Assembly: GCF_000485595.1 (NCBI RefSeq) | Contig: NW_014577062.1 | Span: 1,491,326 to 1,528,195, forward strand | Direction: 5' to 3' | Source of the DNA: Priapulus caudatus | Lineage: Eukaryota | Length of the DNA: 36,870 nt | Shown here: piece by piece, positions 12,401-24,400 of the stretch | Position numbering within the stretch: the stretch's first letter is position 1 | Layout of the letters: each line of letters opens with the position of its first letter | The notes under the pieces: model-generated | Database searches by the model: none | What the model was told of the DNA's origin: nothing | The model's input: the letters and a program-made list of their open reading frames with translations, nothing else | Translations under genes and position numbers: made by a program

Positions 12401-15400
12401 GTATGAAAATAATCCTTATATACCCAGGAGGGCAAATCAGACACTTATTTTACCCTACAGTGTAACACCCCGTGTGTAATTTTAAAGATCGGTACCACTT
12501 TATATGTATAATGTATATTATATATTAAGTTGCGCAGCATCGTCTGGCTAATAATAATATTATAGTCAGCAGGGCCGTAGGCTGAGCAAATTCGTAAGGG
12601 GGGGGGGCAGTGGCGGATCCAGGATTTCAGTGACGAGGTGAGAAACAGGTGGGGGTCTGGAGGTCCTCCCCCAGAAAATTGTGAAAATGTAGATCGCAGC
12701 TAGCTAGATGAATTTGAGGCACTTTTGAGTACATGTACAGCCTTTATTCTGGCTACGACAATTCTCTTTTAGTATAGCTATAGCTATATAGATAATGTAA
12801 GCTTATTTTTTTGTTTTGCTCCAAAATCTAAGGGGGCAGCTGCACCCTTGCCCCCCTCAGGCTACGGCCCTGGGCAGCACTGCTGCAGTGCTAGCTGATA
12901 TGCCTGCATGGTGATATTCTGACTGCAGTGCTCAATTTGAAGATTTGTTTGGAGTTGTCCGGAGGACAGCCAAGAGAGTAGCATATGGTTGTCCCTCGAG
13001 AGTTTTGGTTGTCCGGATATTATTTAAACATGTGCTGCATGCGCTCTGCTCACGTGATGCTCAGTGCTGTAAAGCAAAAGGCCTAATCATGTACATTATC
13101 GAGGCCACTGATCTCTTAGTCCGAGCCGACGCAGACCCCAGTAATGGATAAACCCGCACCCTCAGATTAGCAAAGCGGAGTTTACGTCTGCATTTGCGGA
13201 CTACTGATCTCTATATCTGGCTGGCGATATTGCAGCTATATGGTATTACTGGCTGGCGAATGACAAATGACAAATGTTATACATTGTATGAAGCAAGACA
13301 GACAATGCGTCTAGACATTACGTTTGCAGCGTATTGTGCAACACTGGCCGTATGTAAAATGAACGCTCGCTGGTGGCCCGCGAGCGATCAACGAGAAGAA
13401 GCACACACCGTCATTATAATGATTATTGCTTATTTCAAAGTTTTGGATACCAACATTGTTGAAATTACTATCTAAAAAAGGGATAACAGATCTTTCGGGG
13501 GGATACCAGATTTCAAATACCTGAATACTGTACGTATACCGCCAACACTGGTATAGCTAGAGCTCAGGTTATTGATTTTATAGAGTTTAATTGGACACCA
13601 GACAACCACGGAAGGAATTTGTAGTTGCCCGAGAAAAAATCCAGTCGTCACGGACGACCGGACGACTGTTAAAATTAAACCCTGTTAAATATTCTCCACT
13701 AAATTTGTTTGAGTCTGCTAATGCGATAAGATCGCTATAACAGTAACAGATATGGCACTTCTAAAACGTTCAGACGTCACGACCTCCAAGTAGTGTAAAG
13801 CTAAAAGCTAAATTAAGTATAGCTAGGTAACTTAATTCATAATTGTGGCTAGCTCAGTAGCTGCATATATATGTGTTTCTCGCACTGTACTGTACTGTAC
13901 TTTAGTCTTTACCTACTCGGTCGAGCATATATATATATGTGTAATTTGTTCGTCCTGGTTGGTGTCGAACATTCAATAACTATATGATAAATCTTAATAT
14001 TGTTACTATGTGTATATATATAGGTATTTGTCCATAAAATAATCAAAATAGAACTGCTTACCATGCTGCATGCAAACGCAACTTTCCTTCAAGCGTCTGG
14101 CGTCAGCACGACGTGCACGTGCACAAATTTACCGCCACTTTTCTGGTACCGCGTCCTCTAGCGGCAGCAAATCGCATAATTCGCGTATTTTACTTATTTT
14201 TATTTTTTACGATTTGATTCCACTTCTCTCTCAGTCTTCGTTATAGTCCCCAGGACTTATGAAGAATAACATTTATGAGGTTAATTAACCTACACCAGCG
14301 GGATATCATCCTAAACGTTAATAATGTACGTGCAATTATTGAGATAATTATCGTATATATTACATTACCCCGCTCTATGTAATATTAATAGGGATATCAT
14401 CACAACTAGACCACAAACAATAACAATTAATCCTACCAAAACTAAAGAAACTCACATCATTTCTCGTATGCAGCTAGCGCACATTATATAAGGAGATTCC
14501 GGCGAGGATGGTACGTGATATAGAGGCGCGTCCCATTCCGACCACATGCAGCAAAACAAACAGTATATATATATAGAGAGCCACATTAGAACATTTCTAT
14601 ATTCTCAAGCTTTGGTCAGCGAGTTGATCAGGTTTTGCCACTCAGCAACTCCGATAATAGCATTCAGGGGTGTGTCGAGGTGTCCAGAACATTAATATTG
14701 CGGGTCAAATGTTTAAACGTTTATAACTTATTATCTCGTCAATTTTTCATAGTGTAAACTGTAAATCCAGCTTAATGCGACAGACAGCAAACGATTTAAA
14801 ACCGCCCCGTTAGCTAATTAACTATTGAACTAACAATTAGCGGGCATGCAGTATATATGTGTATATCGGTATAAGGACGGTGAATAAATTCGCGCCTGGC
14901 ATATAGCACGTTGTGTACCCGCTGAGAGAAGCGCGCGTATATAAAAACTTCAAAATGCGCGCGTAAATGACTATATATACACTGGACTCAGTGCTACAAT
15001 GTAAGACGTACGTGTTTTTATAGTTCTCCTCACTGCTATGCTAATTAGAAAAAAAAAAAAAATTAAGATATATATATATATATATAGTTTCTGTCTATTG
15101 AATATATATATATGTTGCAGAAATCATATTATATGTATGAGATATAATCTGTCACCGTGGAGACATAATTATATATGTGTCCGCGATGACAGATTATATC
15201 TCATACATATAATCAGATTTCTACGTACAAACCGTACGCTGGGAGAGGGGGTCAATGCCCGCCGTACGCTTTCAGCATTTCCGAAAAATGTCGATCCTCA
15301 CGCCGCGATGCGCCGAGCCCCGGCCGGCCCGCGCCCCGCACGGGCTGAACGAACGAACCGAGCTAGCTAGCTAGCAGCCGAGTGCTGTGTAAACAACCGG

Positions 15401-18400
15401 CACGATGGCGGGCAATAGTGGTCTCTATGTAGAATAGTGTGAACAAAATCAACATTTTTCTTCGTACACTTTTAGGGGGGAAGGGGGGTCTCGAAAAAGT
15501 GTACGGTTTGTACGCTTGTGAAAATGTTGATAATTGTGAACGACCCCTAAACAAAACATTCCATGCTAACGAAAAAGTTGGTAGGGTAAACCCAGCTTAA
15601 GATGTAGTCACGTAGAGGAAAAAAGAAGTAACTCAGAGTCAGCGAAAATGATTGCACGTGTAGGTATATATATAGTCATATAGTTGTATATGCATGTTTC
15701 AAATTTATAATAAAGTCATAGTTTCATAGCGTATATATATAGGCCTGCTGCTAGACTGAATTATTGAGACCGGCAAGGGAACATCACGAGATCGAGCTTT
15801 AACCACTAACGACAGCGTTACTAACGCAATACAACAGTTAATTTGTGTCTCTATTTTAATTTGTTGTTCATACTACGCGACGCGACGTATAATACGTACG
15901 CTATACGGCTACGCGTGTACGGCTACGCGCTATAGCTACGCTGCTACTACGTTACTACAACGCTGCTACGGCTACGCGCGTACGCCTAAGCTACGCGACG
16001 TATAATGTCGTGACTATAAACCAACGTTGTAGTTCCTGGATCCTTATAACCCCACTCCCAACCGGCTTCTCCTCCACGCTATTGTTAATTGTGAGCATGC
16101 ACACAAAAATATCATTTTCTGTCGTGTATATTTTTGAATACGGAATGGTGATTTAATTCAAACGCTCAACACTTTTTTCCAGCTAAGTATCTATTTTGTT
16201 CTGATTTTACAACCGGAAATCGTATAAAATATTTCCCATGCGGTAATATTGAAAATTAATTCCTGCAGGTATATAGGAACATAGACACTGAATATATGTG
16301 TGTTCCACTGTACAATGTACCAGGAATGCATATGTATTTTTTTAAATTAAAACTGAACTTTTTTTATCTTGGTAAAATTTTATGTCCTCATTACTGTCCA
16401 TATGAAATAGTGTGCGGTGGTTGAATCCAAGTTGTTTTCAAGTTGATTCAACATACAATAATCGACATACATTCGACATTAAAATTTCAACGTTGTTTCA
16501 ACGTTGACTTAGCAAGATATATAATATAATAGATTATATTATAGAGATCAGTGGTCTCAGTCCGTAAATGTTCAGCGCGTGTGTTTCCGTCTAACATGCA
16601 AGTGTGCAGTACAGTTGTCAGTTACTCAACTTACGGTAAGTGCAAAGACTGGTGCAATTAAATTACAATGCGTATAAAATAAATATTCAGTCCAGCTTCA
16701 AATTCAATATCGACGTTACAACTTCAATACAATAATGCTAATAGTATTAGTAATGACTACCGTAATGTCCCCCAGGGTACTGCCGGAACGTACCCTGAGT
16801 ACGTATACCTGAACGTACCCTGGTCACTATTTGATATGGTTAGGGTTAGGTTTAGGCAGTAGGCGTAGGCGACTCCCTAGACTCGTTAGTGGAGTAGGCG
16901 AGGTACGATCCGGCATATTAGATAGTACCAGGGTACGTTCCGGTATTATACCGGACCGTACCCAGGGTACGTTCCGGCAGTACCCCGGGGGACATAGACC
17001 CTCTCAGCAATAGTAATAGTCAATATGATTATCATCATCATGTCATTCACGCGATTTTGAGATGTACGTAATCAATCGCCGGTGATGATACGCTGTACGG
17101 TACATGATGACGTTTGTTAGAGCTATACGATACCTCCTTGTAGTCGTAGTACTAATATTATAGTAGTAGTAGTACTATTAGTATTACTAATAGTAGTAAC
17201 ACCAAGAGCGTATAAAGAAGGCTTCTTTATAGGCTTTAATATAAGTTACGCTCTTGCTAATAGTAATACTAATACTAGTAATAGTAATACTCGTTGTAGA
17301 ACTAGTTGTTGATAGACATTCTCATTTCCGACTAGGTGATGACTTCACCTGATGCTGACGATCATGATGAAGTAAAATGGAACAAGCGTTGTAAAACCAG
17401 GAGCCCTGATGATGGTGTGCAGCGCTATAGCTGGCTGAATGTCAGCGGAGACGAGCCTATGCTACCATACGGAACCGTCGCCGACAGCGTAACTAGTGCA
17501 GCACGCGTCCCTCGACTCGACCTTTACACCCCGGACAGCATCATAGGTGATAAGCCACGCTCAAGCGTTTTCTCAAACGATGACGGCCGTGTCACGGCCA
17601 TGTCGGCTGATTCACTCGAATTGGGTAGGTCTTAGTTTCTACTAGACCAAATAATTCTGTCCCATATAACCTTTTTTATATTTTGGTGACGGTTATTGGG
17701 AGCAAGAACGGGGCTTCAATCCTGAAATTTCGTCGAGATCGCGTGCAAAATCATATAACTAATGCGGCCTGTAGGGCCGCCGCCCCGCTATTGGCCGCGC
17801 GGAAAAAGACGCACTACTCGTTCCCTTAAACATGATCATTCGGCTTTTTCAAAACCCGTTCGGCTAGCTGATATGTGTATAACATTCACTTCTCGTTACA
17901 AAACAATCTAATTAACAAGGAGTAGGTTATTGCAAGAGAAACAAAACCAGAGAGACAATATACATTTAACTTTAGTAAATACGCGTTCGCTTCATTACAT
18001 ATTCGAAATATGCGAATGCAACGGCAACTGCAAGCAGTGTCTTATCCTATAAGGAGGTGAGCCGCCACTGGGTTCTCTGAACGGATGAAATCTGTTGGCG
18101 CTGAGCTATTGACCCTGCACTAAAGACCTAGGCTCTGAAATTGGGATGGCCCTAGATTTCGTATGTGACTTTACAGTGGCGAAGCGTAATGTGTGAGCCC
18201 AAAGTTAAATGAAGCGGCGGCGTTCTGAACAGCGTCTATTTTTAATTAATTGTGAAAATAAGTAATCAGGTCACTCAGGAATCATTTTTATACCCGCATG
18301 GAAAAACCAAACCTGTATTAAAGGGAACGGTGGAGGTTTTGTTCGCGGGGGTTCACAATACAGGAGAAGGATAAGCGGCGTACGGCCGCATTAGGCAAGC

Positions 18401-21400
18401 GCATGAATTATTGCATGCGATCTTCCATAAGAGATCCCGGTTCAACATAGAGACGACACCGTTTCTGTCCCACAATAACCCTGCACAAAATATAAGGAGA
18501 GAGGTTATATGGGACAGAATTATTCGGTCTAAAGGTGGTTCTACATAAATGCCGTAGCTAAGTACCACTAAATAAATGCGAGTGAAACCTGGGGTGGTAG
18601 TAGTTAAAAACATACAGAGCGTTACATCACTATATACACACATAGCAAATATAGGTGAGTTCATACAGAATACCAAATACATACCGTCTAGCCGGTGTGT
18701 CTCCTTCTCACTCAAGATGATACTATTATTATGGTGCCCTCTCGTCGTTTGGCTGCGCGAAGCCTATTTTCACGTAAACGTAGAGAGAGGAGTCCTACGA
18801 CATCGCAACACGGGCACGCTTTGTTGACATTAAATCATAATCAAGAGATGAAGCTGATAAACCCTCAGCTACTGGCTCTGCTATACCTCACAACATGCAG
18901 TCGTCGGAAGCCGCCGCAGTCTCATTCGAGTATCGACGACGGACGTAAATTCGACTATGACACCCACAGCGAGACAATAAATATCAGAAGAGAGGCCGCG
19001 AGGGCAGGGGCACCGAAGGGAGCATCCCGCCGCGGTTTTGGCCGCGACCTCCGCGTCCTCATAAAAAATATGGCTATCGCGGCCTTTAATGTAACAACGC
19101 GGCAAGCTTGTCTCTCCCACCAGCAGTGTCGACGCCGCCACGCCTTCGCTTGACCCAGCTAACCGCCGCGCTCATGGGGGGGGGGGCCCGCGCCCTCCCC
19201 TGCCGCCGACCCACTATCGCTACGCCGTCGGGCGCGTCGCATCTGGTCGAACTGGGTCAAGGATAATGCGAGATCTCGGTAAAAGACAGGTCGCGGGCAC
19301 GCGCCACGCAGCGCCGCAACCCGTCGCCCGGGGCGACGGCGATGACGATGGCGCGGACACGCCGGCGACGATGGGCAGGCAACGTATCGAGGCCGCTGGA
19401 GCGAGTTCCGGCGGATGTGGAATGCACGACACGTGCGGCGTGAGACGACGACGACCAGACGCATCGTCCACGCCGGTGAAGCACATGCCACGGCGCGGCC
19501 CGGCCATCCGTCACGGCACGACAAACGGAACCAGGGGTCACACTGATCGCCCGGCTAGCCGTGAGTCATCGATGGCGACGCGCGCGGCCAACAGAAATGC
19601 AAGACGAAGAGATCGAGGAAGGCAGCGGATGGCCACGACGAGCGACTCCTAACGCAGAGCGCCGCCACCATCCGTCCAACGTCGACGATGCGGCCTCGTC
19701 CGAAAGCCGCCGCCGCGCGCCGTTAGACGTCGACTTTTGTCAGGCAATAAGAATGCAAGAACCCTCTGCTGCTGCAGCACAGCGGCGCGAACGTCCGGAG
19801 ACAGACCTAACACGCAGGCTTGCACGACGAGACAGAGAGGAGGAAGCTGGACCCGACGAAAGACCACCTTGGAGGCTCACCGAGTTTCGCGGGAGACCTG
19901 CCGCGGGAATGGTCTCGCACCTCTTCCACGGCGTGAGAGACAGACGCAAGCGCTCGCCGTGCTTGCCGGGCGTCGAGACGGACCGAGGGATGCTCGCCAG
20001 CGGCATCCGAGTGGGTCTGGGAAGCGAGCGCGCCCTCGCTCGCTGCTGGCGACGGATGTCAAGCGTCCGCGGATTGGCTCATGCAGACCGTGGAGGAGGC
20101 GGGGAGGAGGGGGAAAAGACGGGCGTCGGGCGACCTTCTCTACACTCCAGGAGGAGGCTGATGCAAACTATCTGCACAGTGAATGCGTGGTCAGCTTAAA
20201 CGAGCTTCACATGCCGGCGCGGCGTCGTGCAAATGCTGCAAGTGCGGCACTTAGTATCAAGCGTAACGCCACATGCAGAAGAGAAAGGAGCGTGTGACGC
20301 GCAGATGTAGGGCGTAGAAGGTGCGACATTATAAGGCGACGGTGATGCTTACGTGTCCAGAGAAAAGTATACACAACTGCGAAAATAAATCATGATAATT
20401 TCCGACTTCAATTTGCTAGCGCTTTAATTATCGATACTGTCTTATATTTTTTATTTCACCGCGAAATATTACATGCACGTGACACACATATGTATATATA
20501 AATGTTAAAGAAAACACCGGATCATGAATGTTGCTGAGCTATATATGATTATACTGATCTATTTAGGCATGCATCTTGGTTGTAACTCGTTACAGGTGGA
20601 AATGGGTAAGAGCCAGCAAGCGCGAATGCTGGGAAGAGAATGCACAGTGAGCAACACGACTCAGCCAGGCAAGCTTACAGTTTCCGCGCCATCGGGCGAC
20701 AGACGAGAATCTCAGATGTCGAAGTGACAGGTATGACGCGTACTGGCATAACTCCCCCTTATCGCCTATAATATACAGTCAACAGCCTCTAAAATTAGGG
20801 TGATGGACACCTCTGTAGAACGGTCTGCCGTAGATGACGCAATATCTGGGATTGAATATACCCGTTTGAGTGACAGTGGAAGCCATCTCTAAGAATAGAT
20901 ACGCTGTCTATCAAAGCAACGCCCTAAGTCGAGAGTTTACTCTCTAGTGATCTTTATATACAGGTTTGACTTTATATAACAACCGAACATTAAACACACT
21001 AGAGGTACAAATCAGAAGAGTAGAAATCAAGTAGCTTTTCAATAGACACGGCTAACAGCAAAAAATCTGACAATAGCTCTAATGTGATAACGGGACATTT
21101 ACTCCTCAGAGCGTGTGAGGGAAGGTATGTCCCTACGTTACAAAGCCACGCAAGGCCAGCGGAGGATATTCCGCGCTCACGTCTGGTAAATCCCTAAGGA
21201 TGGCACGGCGATGAATATCAGGGTGATGGTTTCCTAATCAAAAAGACGCCGTATCATCCAGCTCTCGCTGCCTACTCTGGAAACAGCGTAATGCGGAGAA
21301 TACAACAGCTCCAGATTCACGCTGAATAATTAATGTGGGCAGCTCCGAGATTGAATTGGGAGGAATCAGAGTAGAGGCTCAGGGTATAAAGCTCCCCTAC

Positions 21401-24400
21401 GCACAGCACGCCAGCAGATCAACACACCAGGTAGGTTAAACTTTCAGTAGATAGTGGCAGGCCCATGTATAAATAACACATTATTTCCCCGAAGTAATTT
21501 TTGCCCGAGGTTGATTAAGATGAACGTGCTATTTTTGTCACCTTTACTAACTATGTACCAACGGAAATGGCCAATGCGTTAATCTCTGAAAGTATGTCGA
21601 TGTATACTATTCGTTTATTCTAGCCTAACATCGACGAATGCATGGGGCGGACCGTGTTAAGACGTTTCGTTGTGTGAATTGTTATTGTGGTCGTGTCATC
21701 GCGTAGTTCGGCACAGCGGAACCGAGCATACCAACTACGTGCAGATGAGTACCAGCTGCGGTCGAACAGCAAAAACATGACTCACAGGCCTTACACGTAC
21801 TGAAGAGACTTCCAACATCGATTACACCACCGGGAGGGGCGTGAGGCTGCGGAGCGCTGGACCGTACGCTGCGACACGGGGAGAGGCTACCCACGGACGT
21901 TCCGCCACCCGGTGGGTGTTGTACGCTGCAGACTGGTAAACGTCACACTAAACCGGATCACTCGCCCACGACCATATTTCAATAAATCTAACGTGACACA
22001 TGGCTGGTCACATCAGGCTCGATGTCGTGGGAGCCTGTCCAGTAGGCCGCTGCAGCGCACAGGGCGCTCTGATATTCACACGACTTCGCGAGGATAACAT
22101 CGCTGCCCGACTTGTCAATTTTCGTGATCAGGACTAGATTATTTAACCAAGAAATTTTCTTGCCCCTAAAAATCACACTTACAATCAGCCTAATATGCAT
22201 GCAGTTGAGCAATAACAAAATACAGGTAAGTCTAAAGTCTGTGATAAACAAGCGAGCATATTTTGATTCATATGCGCATATATAATTATATACTGATGCT
22301 GTGTGACTACTATGTCTCATGTCGCAGTGCTTTCCTTAAAAGTATGCCCAGTGTTTTTCTACAATTGCGCTGTGTGGCAGTCGTTGCTCATATAATTACG
22401 CTTGTGTGCAAGTGTTGTCATATAATTACGTGTGTGCAGTGTGTCATATAATTACCTGTGTGCAGTGTGTCATATAATTACCGTAAGTGCAGTGTGGTCA
22501 ATATAATTACCTATGTGCACAGTGGAGGGGTCAATGCAGCCAGGTGAGGAGTTTGGCAGGAGGGTGCCAACAGCAGAACAAATGGAACTTCCCCCGCTCA
22601 AGCCCCACCGCCGACAGAACACAGCCTGCCGCGCAGCCGATGGATGGTCGACCCGGAGCCAGTGAGGAGGAGAAACATGGTAGGGTCAGCTTACGTAGAG
22701 CTTCTGGCAATTCTATAGACGTCGCTGGCGAACTGACACGTGTACAAGAATTCATGATATATGAGGCAGAAGTCCGTAGTTCAGGCCTACAGAGAGTCCG
22801 CGTTGGCTGACAGACTCAGTAGCTAACCAAAGTACCTACTAACTGTACTACCTTACTGGCACAAAAGTCTGGTGGGCACACTCTAGCTTACGAGTAGTAA
22901 GTTATGTTATGCGAGTGAGTCTCACATTCAGCCTTATTCCATACATCGGATGTGGCTGTGTTGTAGCTACATGAGCAGCTGTAGTATAGGAGATATGCTG
23001 TATTTGTTGCGCTCTCAGCACACCCAGCGCGCAGTATTGGGATTTACTCAGGCTGGGCCTGCCAAATGCCAGAATATTGGCCAAAATCCATAAGTGGTGG
23101 GGTTAAGGTGCTGCTGGTTGTTCACAGTTTAATTAAGTCCGCTCCTGCTTGAGGGCCTGCCTGCATGAAAATCGTAGCCGTGTGGGTGGGGGTAAGATAT
23201 TACAAGCAACTCCCATGATAATTTAACTTTCTCAGACATTATTGTGGTTTTGTATGCTTCAGCGGTGTTTGTCAACATGAATGCCAGTGAGGTTTGGTAT
23301 TGCGCGTCGCCGCGTAAGCGTGTGAATACTCATGGTAACGATGTTGGTTAGTCAAACAGCTCTGGAGTATTGCGAGACAGGTAAAGCGGAAGCTGCCCGC
23401 CCCAGCAGGTCGCCGGGAGGTCCACCGAGGGAGGCTCGCGACGGGGAGGAGGAAGAAGAAAGTGCGAAGGGCTTCCTCAGTCGCCGTGGGCAACGCAGGA
23501 TCAACAAGCCANNNNNNNNNNNNNNNNNNNNNNNNNCTTTGGTACGAAGTAACAGTCAACATCGCTATGCTGCAGTTAACGGATGTCACTTAAAACACAA
23601 CCCCAGGCGAGACAATGAGAATAGTTGTTTACAGCAAGTGTTTGTAGGGCGAGGTGCACAGTGCTTTGCTTAATTATTTAGGGGAAGCGAACGCACTTTG
23701 CGTGTCCTGCGTATCAGGAGATCAGACCGTTTACCATGTGTCAGGATTACTCTGACCCGGTTTCATGATAACAGCAGGTAGTATAATCACACCATTGACG
23801 TTTGCTAACATCAGTACATACGAGAACACCACACGACGTTCAGGGACTTCATTGGGTAAACGGATGTTTCTATATATTAATTCAGTATATTTTAGTTTCG
23901 TGATATATTAGTGTGCTTGACCCCCCGTTACAGTTGTAAATGGCGCGTGATGTGTGGATGATAAATAATTATTGATATGCCAAGGCATCAAGCAGTTATA
24001 TTGCAAAAATAAACTGAGGCGCGTTTATGTTCATACCATCAATACGATCGATAGCAGTTTATTTTATTTCTCTTTACTAAATTTGAGACAACCTATATAG
24101 GGACCGTGGAGTCCACCAAGTGAGGCAAGGCAGTCTACGCAAGCAAATCACGTGGATCGTAATTGAACGCCAGACAGTGGTAGACACCTGACGTGTGTGA
24201 ACCAGTTACGTGGCCAGCTTCCCTGAAGCACGATGGCAGTACCGTGAGCATTATATTCCAGGGAGAATTCATATGAGTGCAAACTGTGTTAGATGCTCTT
24301 CTCCTATCTGAGAGTAGAGTGAAGTTACACATGAGAAGTCAACACGGGCAGAGAAACCGATTGAAGTGCGCGCTGTGTGATGCCGCATTCGCAGTGTTGG

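Noticed and set aside
12060..12470. Kolobok-like non-autonomous element
   Set aside because: Some terminal-like motifs (AAAGGGGCAC, ACCCTACAGTGT) are present, but no convincing TIR pair or TTAA duplication.
18695..20297. Cluster of overlapping GC-rich ORFs as separate genes
   Set aside because: They are frameshifted pieces and antisense shadows of the single large JHY exon seen intact at 28653-29896.
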